From positions 62,994,001 to 63,058,000 of the forward strand of contig NC_045696.1 of assembly GCF_009834535.1 (NCBI RefSeq): a DNA stretch of 64,000 bases, in the 5' to 3' direction. Shown here in pieces: positions 1 to 12,985 of this stretch. The notes under the pieces were generated by a model that saw nothing but the letters and a program-made list of their open reading frames with translations, did no database searches and had not been told where the DNA came from. The translations under genes were made by a program, and so were the position numbers. The stretch is from Camelus ferus (Eukaryota). How positions within the stretch are numbered: position 1 is the first letter of the stretch; each line of letters begins with the position of its first letter.

Positions 1-284
1 GTGGAGAGAGACTGTGCCTGTGACAATTCAATGTTGTCTTTTCCCACCCAGTCATTCTCAGGACTGGGAAACTGAGGCCCAGAGAAGAGAGGGGACCCCT
101 ATAGCCATTCAGGGGTGGAGATGGGACAAAAGGACCCCTGCCTTCCAGGGCAGGCTCTGTCCTCAGCTAACCTCTGAGAGTCCTGGTGTGTCCTCCCTCT
201 GGGTCACTAGGCTGTAATTGGATGCTCTTTGATTGCCCCTCATTATTTTTCTCTTAACGCTTAAAAAAACTTTGGCTTGTTTGT

Positions 285-640
285 TTTACTGAAGTATAGT
301 TGATTTACAATGTTGTGTTAGTTTCAGGTGTACAGCAAAGTGATTGAGATATATATATAGTCTTTTTCAGATTCTTTTCCGTTGCAGGTTATTACAAGCT
401 ATTGAATATAGTTCCCTGTGCTCTACAGTAGGTAATTGTTGTTTATCTATTTTGTATACAGTAGTTATATCTGTTAATTCCAAGTTCCTAATTTATCCCT
501 CCCTTCCCCACCTCTTCCTCTTTGGTGACCATAAATTTGTTTTCTATGTCTGCGAGTCTGTTTCTGTTTTGTAAATACGTTCCTTTGTATCATTTTTTTA
601 GATTTCACATGTAAGTGATATCATATAATATTTGTCTTCA
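285..640 (-). mobile_element. 5'-truncated L1 (LINE-1) 3' end, cetartiodactyl type
   Basis: Reverse complement of the L1 3' terminus: gaagtatagttgatttacaatgttgtgttagtttcaggtgtacagcaaagtgatt...attgaatatagttccctgtgct. Homologous to the plus-strand copies at 7829, 11817 and 49069. Confidence 0.9.
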
Positions 641-944
641 TTTCCCCTCACTTTTCATCACAGACGCTTTCCCTTCGCCAGCAGGGCCCGGGCAGGGAGC
701 CCGGGAGCGCGAGGAACCCTCCCTGCCCCTCACGGGTGAAGTAAGCCTGCTTCTCTTTGTTTCTGAGCCACCAAAGCTCATCTTCTGTTGAAAAGACTTA
801 GAACTTATTCTTTGGGAATGAGAATTTTGAACAAAGAACCAGGCAAGTGAGGCAGTTGAAAAGAGACTGGTGCGTGTCCTGAGCCGGAGCCCTTCTCTCA
901 GGCCACCTCGCTGTGTATATGTATGTAATACGTATGTCTCAATA

Positions 945-1045
945 ACCCTGCTGAGGTGGACATTGAAAATATCAATTTACAGATGAGGCATGTGAGACCT
1001 AGAAACATTTAAAAATTGCCCATGTTTACTATCTACCAAGTAAGA
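945..1045 (-). mobile_element. MIR SINE fragment
   Basis: tttacagatgagg...tgagacctaga...ttgcccatgt resembles the reverse-complemented MIR core. Confidence 0.6.
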
Positions 1046-3139
1046 CCCCCATCAGGAAATCCTAGGACCTCATAGTTGAAACTCTCCTTAAAGTCCATCT
1101 GGTCCAGTTCCTCCCCATCCTCTCAGTGTTTAATTTGTGCTTCCACTTCATCTTTTGGCTGATTTTTTTCTATCAGCAACAATTGTGCTTTGCTCAGACT
1201 TCTTGGGCTACAAATCTCCACCTTAGAGAAGCTGGTTTCTAACTATCCCAAGACACCTGCTTCTTCCCCAGCAGAAGCCTCTTCATACTCAGCGCCCATA
1301 GGGGCATTTTCAGGGACCCCTAAGGAAAGAGGTTCTATCTGCTATGCTTCCTGTACAGTAGGTCACTGTAAAATGGGCTGAACTATGCTTCTTGCCACAT
1401 CCTAGCTGAAGTGCCGACCTGCCGGTGTGTCGCTGAGCAGTCACTGTGTGCTGGCTGAGGGCTGTGCAAAGCTGAACACCAGCCTGGGGATGTAGGGGTG
1501 GCTGCCAGGAGGGTCTGTGTCCAAGCACACGGCACCTGGGCCCCATCCTCTCACCTCCAGAGGAGTGACGATGAATCTCAAGTTTCCTATCTGTACCCAC
1601 CACCCCACACCCCAACTCCCAGTCATCATTTTCATCCTGCCAGCACCTTCTGAGGAGTTGATGGAGGAGAAACCTGAAAACCATAATGCTGGCACTTTCA
1701 TCATCTTGAGTCCCTGCTCATTTGCCCCGCAGGGCTGTGACAGCCACACTTCCCGGCAGTCATGATCGTGCTCTGCAGAGGTAAAGCGCTGTCCTGTGTG
1801 AAGGGCACAGCCTGATGAGGGTGGCCCCTGCCGAGGGGGTCTATGTTTTGCAAGGGTACCTGGAGGGCTTAGTAAAGCCCATCGTTTCTAGAGGGCATGT
1901 TGGGGATGCAGGCTGACATCGTGGACACCTCTTGTCTTTTTCTGCCCAGATTCTTTCCCCCTTCCTTTTGGGACTTGGCCTGCCTGACCTCTGTGGTCTA
2001 GTGAAGCTGCTGATGACAGGGGCCTGCCCTCTGACCAAGGCCATAAAGGGGGAGCATGACATGTCTTGCCACCTGGAGAAGGGCCATAGCCCTGGCCTCT
2101 CGTCCCCAGGGAAGGAGGGGTTTTTGGAAAGTACACACTCGTCAGGCACTGCCCATCCCCTCTCACTTCCTCTCAGCATGAGCTGTCTGCAGGAAGCCCA
2201 TATTCTGCTGTGCAGGAGCGAGGGCTATCCCTGGTCCAGCCCTACTGGCTGTTTCTATTTCTGGGGTTCCATATGCGGAAGCATACTTGTTCACATCACA
2301 TTCTCTAATAAAAGGCATCAATAATACAGATGATATTTTGATCTCCATTGGCCTTATACCTTATTCTGTATTCATTCAGAACTCAGGTGGAGAAGATAGA
2401 TGGCATTTTTCTAAATGATGAGGATGCTAAGTTAATAGGGTGCTCTTTCCTGGGATTTTGAGTCTTGAGACACTTAGGGACCAAACTTGATTGGAGCAGG
2501 ATTATCTATGAAGAGAAAGATGGTGAACTTAGCCACCAAGGCACCCAGACCTGCTATGGTTTTGTCCTTCCAAACTTGGGAGCTCAGCTCTTTGTTTCTG
2601 AGAGGTATTACAATCGCTCCAGCCTTTTGGTTGGAACTTGAAGAACAGACAAGCTTTTTAGGCAGTGATGGAAAGAAAGCAGGGCTGGGGTGGGAATTCC
2701 AGGTAGACAGGATGAGCAAAGTCAAAGAGTAGAAAAGCCCTAGGAACATTTCAAGAAGAGTCAAGTGTAATTTGGTTAAAACATATTGCATTCGTAGGTG
2801 AGTTGGAGACATGGTAGGCTAGGGCCAGCTCTTGATGGATATTGAGTGCAGGATGTGGAATTTTGATTTTAGAATGTGGGAATTCAAAGATATGAACAAT
2901 GTGAAACACAGGGGTGACATGTGCAGGGATAGACTGAGGCCATCTAAGACCAGAATTACAGTCCCAGTTCTGCCACCCCCTCAGCCTGTCTCCCTACACT
3001 CCACTCCAGTCCCACTCTCCCAAGGTAGTCAATATTGACAGCCAGTGTGTATTTTTCACACCTTTCTTTTTGCTCAGGCAAACACAAGCAATCATAGCAC
3101 CCATCCCTCCTTTTTAGAAAAGCTAACATGTTCTCATGC

Positions 3140-3480
3140 ACATTACTCTGTAACTTGCTCTGTTCACTTAAATTCAGCAAAAATTTTCCAAGTCATTGCA
3201 TAGAGCTCTAACTCAGTTTTGTTTTAATCTTAATTTTAATCCATATGTAGATTTCCTATAATTTATTCAACCATTTACCTATTGATGTATATTGAGGTTG
3301 TTTCAAGTTTTTGCTAGTAAAAAAGATAATGTAAATTTACTCTTATATACTTATATTAATAACTTCTTTAGAAGACATGCTCAAATGTAGCACTCCTGTG
3401 TTAAAAAGCAAGTCCATTTAAAATGTCAGTAAGTATTTCCACATCGTTTCCTCCAAATGTTATAGTAATTAATTCCCACT
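3140..3480 (-). mobile_element. Ancient L1M (L1ME-like) fragment
   Basis: tttattcaaccatttacctattgatgtatattgaggttgtttcaagtttttgcta is an antisense L1 ORF2 3' motif, in AT-rich context. Confidence 0.7.
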
Positions 3481-3489
3481 ATAGGTGCA

Positions 3490-4135
3490 CCCATTTGATG
3501 GCAAAAATTAAGAAATTGATGATACTAAGTGTGGGAAAATAGGTCCATTAACCAGATCTCTTACCACTTTCCTGGTAGACGTGCACGTTGGTACAATCAT
3601 TTTGACAAGTTGCTTAGCATTATCTTATAAAGTTGCACTTCATATACCCTGTAACCCAACAATTTCACTACATATACATAAGAAAAACACCTTCACCTCT
3701 ATACTAAGAAACTCATACAACAATACTGATATGACCTCCAGAAACAACAAATGCCCTTTGACAGGATATTGGATATATAAATTGTGGCCTTGCCATACAA
3801 GGGCAGTAACAATGAATGGACCATAACTACAGGCTATATTATAGTATATGCATATTACATACTATATATACATGTGTAAAATACTGAGTAAAAAATTAAG
3901 ACCCAGAAGAATATTGTTTACTGTTGTTAGAAGCAACTACACATATAATAGAAATAAACAAAATTGTATACATAATAAAGCTTTTAAAAATCAAGATCAT
4001 AATAGACAAGTAGGTTGCCTTAGGTAGGGAGAGGAAAAGGGATCAGATGGAGAAGAAACAAGTAGGCAGATATACGTTACTGTCGACACTTTGGTTCTTT
4101 GAAGTGGTTCATCATTGTTAACTATTGCATAAATA
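3490..4135 (+). mobile_element. Ancient L1M (L1ME-like) ORF2 end/3'UTR fragment
   Basis: ggcaaaaattaag...catataccctgtaacccaacaatttcact...gaaacaacaaatgccctttgacaggatattggatatataaattgtgg, typical degraded sense L1 ORF2 C-terminal DNA. Confidence 0.7.
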
Positions 4136-6728
4136 AATGATAATTAATTAATTAATCAACTGATTAATTTTAAAAGGGCCATTCATGAGAGTGTGCCGGG
4201 AACCAAGGCTATAATAAGAAAGAAAGAAGACAGAGAAAAATGAAACCAATGCCAAGGAATAAGAGATGAGACTTCAGTTCTGGGGACTAGGTTTCTGTCT
4301 GATGACAACTCGAGATTCTCAGCCTTCTTCCAGGGTTTGGATCAGGGCATTGTGGAGGACATTGACACATTCAGTACAGATTCCCTGCAAGAAACTTGAG
4401 TTGCTTCGTAATAGCAAATGCCGTGGATACCTAGTCACAGTAGTTCTCTCCGTATACTGATGTCGTCAGGGTCTGTCATCCCAAAGGTCTCGGAATGATT
4501 GGTTTCTTCCTCTCTCATGTGTTTCATCCTTTGGGGAAAAATATTGCCTGGAAATTGTTATCTTGCCTTGGAGTGACACACCCACTGGTTGAGGTGGATC
4601 AGCCCCAAGCTGTCACACACTTTTGTTTGGGATACAGCATGAGGCTCCCCACTGCAAGGTAAACTGCATGAGGGAGGCCCTGTCCTCTAGCCATGCAAAA
4701 GTTATACTTACCTCCACATCATCTCTCTGCTGTCCCAGCCAGCTGGCAACCCCTTCAGGCCCAGGAAGGGCAGAGATGAAAGGGCAGACCAGACTGGAAT
4801 AGAAAGACTACCATCGGGATGTGTAATCGGGGACCTCTACCAGGTAGGGCCATCTTGGCCTCACTACTGGGTCACTGGTCCCTCCCTGGAGGGTTCCTGC
4901 GCTAAAACAATTGCCTTCCCTCCTGAGCTGACTTGGCCAATCCTCTTGGATAAGAAAAAGACTAAGTTGCTACTTGCAATAGGGTCAGGATGGGCGCACA
5001 GATTTTCATCTTCCTCTGTATGCCTGGGGCCTGGGATGGAGCTGTCTGTGGAGCAGCTATAATTCTGTAATGACAGATGAAATACTCGCTGTGTCCAGCA
5101 GGATGAGAAGACGGTGAGCTGTTATTGTTATTATTTTTGATTTACAAGAAGAGCAAAGTCATAAAGCCCCAGGGCCACTTAGCTAATAGACATATAATTC
5201 ACCAGGAGCTCTCTAATGCATCATGTTACAGGCATAGCCAGCTCTCTGCTCTCCTCCTAGCCTTGATCTGGCTGAACAGTTGAGGCCAAAACCAACACAA
5301 TCTGGACTGCCCCTAGATGGTCCAGGATGTTTGCACCAGGCATCAAGCCCCGCTCCAGGCCTGTGTTGCATCACCTGGGCCCTCAGAACTTCCTGCACCA
5401 GTGAATCTGACTCTGTCAACAATTGGAAGATCATGCATCCAAGCAGCTAGAGGTCTGCTGCTAGTCATTTTCCTGACCGGCAGTCATTGCAGGGACTGCA
5501 CATAGAGGGGCCAATCCTTTCCACCCTGACTCTCCATCCTCTCAATAAATAAGACCCAGCTAAGTGGGTTTACTTGGTCTCTAAAATTCTTTAAACTTTG
5601 ACAATACACTCTGTCCACAAAGACCAGGTTCTCCTTCCCAACCTCCTGTCTTGAAATTCTGCTTCCTTCCTCAAGCCCCAAGTCCAATGCTGCCTCCTCT
5701 TTGGAACCTGTCTTGTTTCTTTTGGTTGGAATTAAATTCTTCTCCTTCTGCACTTGTCCCCTCATGGCCGCAAATCAGATTGTGTCATCTGAGTTTCTTG
5801 GCTTTGAATATTTGAAATGGGTCCCACCTGTCATCCTCATCCAGCCTGGGTGATATCTGACCTCCATGTTCCCTCAGGGGACGAGAGAAGATGGCGCGTC
5901 TTTAATCAGGACACGTGTGTGTTTCCTACTTGGCTTAAAGTGAGTAAGGGAGTCATCATTTAGACTTGAAATGTTTTGTTATACAGCATTTTAATTGTCA
6001 TATTTTTAATAATGGGGTGTGTCTTCCAAATCTAACTGAACCATTAGGAGATTTTACTGTAAAGGACAATCTATTGCAATTATTTTTGTTTAGTTCTTCA
6101 AATAGTCTCAATCTTATTGTTTTTCTTCAGATGGAACAGTGTAAGGGGAAGTGAGCTTGGACCAGCTTGGGGAGGATTTATAAAAGTTACTGCCACCACC
6201 ACTACCCTCGCCCCATCAGCACCATTTAATGACCACAGACTTCATTGTCACTATCTCTACGCCGCACAAGAACCCTGCAAAATAAGTAATGTTTCCTTGG
6301 TTTTAAAATAAGGAAATTGTAGCTTGAAAAGGACAAGTGATTTTAGCTCAAGGCTGAAGCTAAGTTTAAAAATCAAGCCCATTAGCTTTTGACGCTTTTC
6401 TCGTTCCCAATGCCTCCCAGCCCAGACCTCCCCCTTCCGTGAAGCCAGGCTGACTTCTATGCTGGGAGAACACGGCAGTGGGGAGTGGGCACCACTTGCA
6501 TTAAATCCATGCAGAGATTTTGCTGGAGAGTTTACAGAGGGCTGGGGCTCCTCTTATTTGAAACTCTTCTAATCTTTTGATATCACAAAGAGTTCCCTCT
6601 CCCCAGTGCACCCCTCAACTCCAGGACTAAAAGGCGAATCAGCACCACAACATCTCCTACAGTTTGAGCTCCAGTTTCTTTCTGAGTCTAGGCGATTGCT
6701 CTGAGATGTGGTGGAAAGCTCACACAAG

Positions 6729-6875
6729 CTGTTTACCTTGAGCAAGTTACTTAGTGTCTCTGAGCTTCAGTTTCTTTTAAATGAGGCTAATGAATTCCTC
6801 TTTGGGGGGTGGAATATAATGATAAAATGATTTGCTGGATGGTAGTGCTTAGAATAATATGTAAACACACTAAGC
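6729..6875 (+). mobile_element. MIR SINE fragment
   Basis: ccttgagcaagttacttagtgtctctgagcttcagtttc matches the MIR core. Confidence 0.75.
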
Positions 6876-7828
6876 ATCCCTAAATAAGAATATTAATTAA
6901 TTGAGTAAATGAACATAATGACACTTCCCTCCAAGGGCTGGTGTAAATACTGAGAGATACTATGGAGACCAAAGGGCTCTGTCCTTGCGGGACCCTGGAC
7001 GCATATGTGGGATGATTGCAGGTGATCTCACGGACATGGACGCCAAGCCCCGGAGCAAATTAAGCGATTTGTCCAGGATTCTTTCTGCTCAACGAGGAGT
7101 GGATGTGTTGCCCCTCTCCATACCACGCAGCCCGCTCCTCCATGCCCTGCACGGGGCAGGAGATGCTGATTGGCGGGGAGATGGGGAGGCTATCCTGAGC
7201 CCAGCATCTCCCAGGACAAAGGAGATGAGAAAAGGAAGGCCCACGTTCAGGAGGTGAAAGTCTCCAACCTTTCACTTTGGTGGTAGATGCCAAGCACTTT
7301 TCTTACTTTAAAGGACTGAAAAGGCAAGAGATGCTAGCCTATTTAAATAACCCAAATCTTGTATCAAGACAGACAAAAAGGTACTTAAAACTCAGCTAAC
7401 ATTTGTCAGTCCCCAAACACCTCCAGTGTTCACTCTGGAGACGTGGAAGGAGGCTGCTCAGAGGTGGCGAGTGACGGATGGATGCAATATGCTCCAGCAG
7501 CTCCAGGCTGAGCCTTGATCGCATTAGCTCCCACGCCCTGAAGCGCTATGCATTGGTTCATTTCACTTCTCATGGTAGATGGGCCTGCCTGGACATGAGG
7601 GCGCCTCTCTCCAGGCACATTTGAGGGCCAGGGGGAGATCATGAGGAAGGATGTTGCTGGGCTGACGGGGGGGGGGGGGCGGGGCCAAGGGATGTGCCGC
7701 CCATGCTGACATCCATGCTGACACAGCTCACCTGGGGCCGAAGGGCCACAAGGCAAATGGACTTTTCTGTGAAAAACAGAGCATCCTTCACCTGGTTGGA
7801 CCCATTTGTTCCATTTAAGATGCAATGG

Positions 7829-7988
7829 CTTCTGGTTATCAGGGGGAAAGCAGGGGGAGGGATAAATCAGGAGTTCTGGATTTGCAGATACTAATTAATA
7901 TATATAAAATAAACAGCAAGGTCCTTCTGTATATCACAGGGAACTATATTCAATACCTTGTGATAGCCTATAATGAAAAAGAATATGA

Positions 7989-8043
<55 letters not shown>

Positions 8044-8112
8044 TGAATCTCTATGCTGTACACCAGAAATTAACACAACACTGTAAACCGACTATACTTC
8101 AATTAAAAAAAA
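7829..8112 (+). mobile_element. 5'-truncated L1 3' end with perfect 12-bp TSD
   Basis: L1 3' terminus ending tatacttcaatt + poly(A). TSD aagatgcaatgg at 7817-7828 and 8113-8124, preceded by ttt (L1 endonuclease-type TT/AA site). Confidence 0.93.
7994..8039. repeat. (TA)23 microsatellite inside the L1 3' end
   Basis: Uninterrupted TA run read directly. Confidence 0.97.
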
Positions 8113-8461
8113 AAGATGCAATGGGTGAGGCAGTCGGGGGACAAGTAGCATCATGGATTTCTGGATTTCTGGAACCTGCTCATTTTTATTCAAAACTTTT
8201 CTTTCATGATTCTGGCTTTTTTTCTTTGGAGTTTTGAAGTTACGAAAATCTGCTTACTTATTGTGTTCAAAATCTTGGGCTCACTCAAAGGGAAGCTGGG
8301 CTGGCAGAGAGAACATTTGATTAGGAACTCAGAAGCCAAACTAGTTCTGTGATCTCAGGCAATTTCAATCTTTCAACAAATATTTAGGGCCCTCATTATG
8401 TTAAGATGTCCACAACAGCCTCTGCCCCCAGATGCCTACAACCCCCTCCTGTGTCTTCCTC

Positions 8462-8580
8462 TCTTCATCTGAAAATTGAGAATCACAGAATGTGCCCACC
8501 TTCCCCCTTCAGGTTGTGGTCAGGATCAAGCATGAAAGGAGTGAGCACGGTGCCTGGCACCCAGAAGGCCCTCAGCTCAC
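8462..8580 (+). mobile_element. MIR SINE fragment (3' part)
   Basis: tcttcatctgaaaattgaga...ggttgtggtcaggatcaa...gcacggtgcctggcacccagaagg. Confidence 0.65.
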
Positions 8581-9994
8581 TGACAATGACATCGAAAGTG
8601 ACTTCGCTTTTCTCCTGACCTTGTGTGTGGAGTGTCTCATTAACCAAAGTGTCATGAAAACACGAATGTTAACTTCCCATTTTTATTTCAAAACAACACA
8701 TTAGTTATAATGCTGTTGGTTTGTCCAAGGATATGGACTTGAAGAGCCAATGTTTAAGTAAGTCTGAGGAAGCTGACAATGAGGGCAAAGGGGCAGGCTT
8801 CTCCCTCATTCTGCAGGCGCAGAGGTCTGCCAGCCAGGATCACTCTGATTTCATGCCATGAAAAATATATAGTGCCCAAAAGTGAAGAAGAAATATAGTC
8901 TTAAATTATTCTAAGGGGAAAATCTAGGTCAGAGAAAGACCCCTGAGAAAACTCACTACTGCCTGCCAACCTCTTTTCATCATCTGGAAGGAGGAAAGAG
9001 GTCCGAGGAGGTCACTTGGTAACTGTAGTGGGTGGGCTGTGGCTCCCTGAGTTTCCTCCATGACTCATCAACATGGAAGAGCAGATGGCAAGTCCTCAGA
9101 GCCCAGGATCAAGGCACTGAGGATCTGAAGTGCAGCCAGAAAGCTGGGAGCAGGGGATCAGGGTGAAAATGGCTCACTGAGATGGCGCTCCCTTGATTCA
9201 GAAGTTTGGCTCAGTTGACATCAGATTAAAGAGCAAAGCCCAGGAAATGGCTGCTTCCCCTAATTACCCCTGTTCCTCTACCATGTGATGGGATGACTTT
9301 GGTTGACCTGTCCTGCTCAAACACTACAGATCAGTTCAGGGGGAGGCTGAGAGCCACCAAGACACAGCTACCAAGGAAGGAAGCATCAATCTGTTCTCAA
9401 AGGAAGGACAGCCCAGGTGGGAGGTAGGGCTCAGTGATGCAAGAAGCCAGGAGAAGAAGGCTGTGTTTGCTGATATCTGGACACTACTCTGCCTCTTTTG
9501 CCTCATAGGCAGAGTCCTGAAGGCTGTTGGACAGCAAGCAGAGGCTGGAGACTGAGCAGTGGGTTGTTGATGACGTAGGAGAAGGCCAAGGGTAAGGTGG
9601 GGCAGTGTCCCTATCAGACACAAACTTTTGCTTAGCTTACAGTCAGAATTGCAGGAGCAATGGTTTTAGAACCTTATGTCTTCTTTCCAAGCTTATTCAT
9701 CCACCATGGTGATGATGGATCCTGGGAATCAGCCTACCAGAGTCAGCAGCACCTATGACCATGAGGACCCTTTAAAGATGGCCCCATGAGAAAGTGGAGG
9801 AGCTAGTTCCAGTAAGGGGACAGAGTGGGAAGGAGGGTCTGCTTGTACAGGGTCCTTCATGCCCACAGCAGTGGAGACATGGCTGTGGCAGGAGTCGAAT
9901 GGAAGCAAAATTTATCATCCAAAATGGTACACCTTTGAAAGGGAAAGGCATATCACTAATAATTATTCCAATTAATTATTTGGGGCTGCAGTGG

Positions 9995-10380
9995 ATGCTG
10001 TAGTATGCCACCTAAATTCCTCCATCTGGACCAAGATGCTCATCTCCCCATGGATGATGACTCTAGTACTGCCCTCAGCCAAGAAGAGATTTTGCCACCT
10101 CCTCAAGAATAACACCCACTGAAGGTTGGTTGATGTGGGGACACAAAGGCCTGGACCCTTTGCCTCAATTTGGAACAAATCTGAATGGCCACTCTGGCCC
10201 CAGAGCTCACCACGGTATTGGCTTAGGCCTTTTTGTTTCGAATCTGTCGCCCTTCAGTTTCTCCTTCTGCCCAACCTGCTTCCTTCATCCCTCACAGTGT
10301 TCTTGCTGTGAGAACTCTCCATTAACCTACTCATGACTCTCCATCACAGAGTGTGTTTCCTGGGGAACCCAACCTAAGAT
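9995..10380 (+). mobile_element. ERV-L class LTR (LTR16-like), 5' LTR
   Basis: Ends cagagtgtgtttcctggggaacccaacctaaga, like the LTR16-family terminus. Directly followed by a degenerate PBS-like ttggtacaag and ERV-L internal sequence. Confidence 0.75.
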
Positions 10381-12330
10381 AATTGGTACAAGTTGTCTGA
10401 GGAAGTTGACTCTAAAATGAGAATGTGGGGCTGGACCACCTGCCCGCTGCCTGGTGTGTGGAGTTGGGGGAGCTGCAGGAGTTCAGTTGCTAAGACCTTC
10501 ACTGGTGGTGAAACGGACTGCAGGACTGGCGGGAGGGGTGCGCTAGCAGGTGTGATATCTCCGGTGTTTACAGGGCTGAGGAAGCCATAATGATGAGGAC
10601 TAGGGAATCAGAGGGCTGTCCCAAAGGGCCATGCATGTGTTGGAGAAAGACAAGGAAAGATCAAGAACAACTAATCACAAATGTGAGGCAAAGTATGAGA
10701 GTTAGAGGGCCTCCCTGGCCGCATGTAAAGAATTTTCGTCTCCTGCATCTGGAGGGCAGGAAAAGCTCAGGATCAGGCTCGGGGCTTAATCTTGAGGATG
10801 GCTGAGTTCCAGAAAGGTGAAACTCTCAGCAATTCACAGCTATCATGGTTGGGAAGGAATGAGACCTTGACACTTGAGACAGGGACGTCTGGACCAACAC
10901 ACCTGAGAATCAAGAAACCCCTTGAACTTTCTGGGCCTGCACTGGACCACTCCTGCCAACTGAAGGCTACTACCTCCCTTGCTTAAGATGGTACAACAAC
11001 CTCTGCTTTTCAAGATAATAAGTCCCCGCTCCTCCTCCCTCCCACCCCAGGATCTAGCCCCATCCAGGTCACCAGATTAATAATGAGGATCAACTCACCC
11101 AAACAAAACTTGGGGAAAAATGCAGGGCCTACTAAGGGGAGAATAGGATTATACGACAAAGGAAGCACACAGCCTCGCCAACATGTCCTAACAGAAGCCT
11201 AGGGAACATACCACGGGACTGGATTCCAAGGCTGCCTGATCCACAGGGACAGAATGTAAAGATGGTTAAGGAAGGAATGTATTGGTATGGGAGTGCTCCA
11301 GCAGTGAGGCAGGACTTAACACCCTGGCAAGGGCCCCAGGAGCTGGTGCTAATATGTTGTGTACTCTGTCTTAGAAGCCTAGGAAAAAAGTAAACTGGAA
11401 ATTCCAAAGCTGCGTGGCATGCGGTGGAGGAAGGGGACCAAGGGCTCAGGGCATGTTAGAGAAGCCATATTTTATGAGGCCAGGAAGCCCACCAGTTGAC
11501 CATGTTCTGTGAGAGGGTCTGGCAGACCCTCCATTTGCCAAGGCAGTAGGAATGCAGATAGGCGCCAGCATTGTTGAGAAGCTCGGTGGTCCTCTCAAGC
11601 CAGAGCTGATGGTAGGAGATGCTGGTACAGAACAGGGCTCCCTGGTAGCAATGGGAATAATAGAATACTGATGTATCAGAGACCAGCCGACGGCACTTAA
11701 AACCATCAGCAACAGGGAAAGTGCACTTATCTTAATGAGGAACAAGGATGGAGAGGCAGTCACGAGGCTTAATACACAGAGCTATAGAGATACAGTTAAT
11801 CGAACATGGCTATTTTGACCTAGAAAATAAACTTGTGGTTACCAAGTGGGAAAGGCGGGGGAGGAATAAATTAGGAATTTGGGATTAAGAGATACACGCT
11901 ACTATATATAAAATAAACAACAAGGACTTACTGTGTAGCACAGGGAACTATATTCAATATTTTGTAATAACCTGTAATGGAAAAGAATCTGAAAGAAAAA
12001 AAATATATATGTATATGTATGTATAACTGAATCACTTTGCTGTACACCTGAAACTAACACAACGTTGTAAATCAACTATACATCAATTTTAAAAAGAATA
12101 TGGCTGTTTTAAGGGCAGGATATGGGTGGCAAACAAGTGTATTAATCAATCTGCACAATAAAAAGAAATCAAAGATGGATGATAAGGAGGCTGAGGACAG
12201 CTTCCCCAATAAAAAAAGCCAAGGTCCTAGCTTGGAGCCACGTTAGAAAGAATGTGGAAAAAGTATTCACGGTTATAGGCCAGAATGCTGATGTGATCAG
12301 CCCTGAGAATTCAAAAATAAAAGGGCAGCT
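10381..12330 (+). mobile_element. ERV-L internal region (ERV3-16A3_I-like) with degraded gag, interrupted by an L1
   Basis: Frameshifted translations DWIPRLPDPQGQNVKMVKE (~11217-11273) and GMLEKPYFMRPGSPPVDHVL*EGLADPPFAKAV...LMVGDAGTEQGSLVAMGII (~11450-11665) resemble ERV-L Gag motifs. Stops and frameshifts are present. Confidence 0.75.
11817..12095 (+). mobile_element. 5'-truncated L1 3' end inserted in the ERV-L internal region
   Basis: L1 3' terminus flanked by a 13/15 TSD: gaacatggctatttt (11802-11816) / gaatatggctgtttt (12096-12110). Confidence 0.9.
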
Positions 12331-12844
12331 GATATGGGATGACAGATGGAAGGGATAGAAAGGGGAGAGAAGTTCTCGTATCCTTACCGGCCACAGTGAA
12401 AAGAGAGGAGCCAGTCCCCACAGCAGTAGAACAAGAACTAGAGGTTCAAATACATGCATTCATCTTCCCAGGAGAGGACTAAATCTAGTGTCGCAGAAAT
12501 GCTGGGAGGGGGCAGTGAGGTGGTAGAGGAAGTAGGTGAGATAAATATCCATCTGTCAAGGCAATAAACAATGCCTAAAGTTAATGATTGAAAAGTTAAC
12601 CATGTAAGTTGTTTAGTTAGCGGCATGGAGGTAACTACTAGAAAACTAAGTAAAAACAATATGCTCCCTCCCCCAACCACACAGGTGTAAATGCTCGTCC
12701 TCGGGTTGTGGAACCGAGTGGAGAGAGGTGGAGAAAAGGCTTGGCCTGTTGTTTTTCTCTCATAAGCTCTCATATACTATTATTTTTAATCAAGTGTATG
12801 TATCACTTGGGGGCATTTTTAAATACTAGTAAAAATAAAAGGAG

Positions 12845-12985
12845 AGATTGTATTCCATTACATATACATGCTGTATCTTCCTTATCCGTTCATCTATTGA
12901 TGGGCATTTACGACGCTTCCATATCCTGGCAATTATAAATAATGTTGCTGTTAATAGTGGGGTGTATGTATCTTTTTGAATTAAT
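12845..12985 (-). mobile_element. L1 ORF2 3' fragment
   Basis: tattccatt...ttatccgttcatctattgatgggcattta...ttccatatcctggcaattataaataatgttgct is a canonical antisense L1 segment. Confidence 0.85.

Noticed and set aside
670..740. CpG-rich patch as a CpG-island promoter
   Set aside because: Under 100 bp, far too short for a CpG island.
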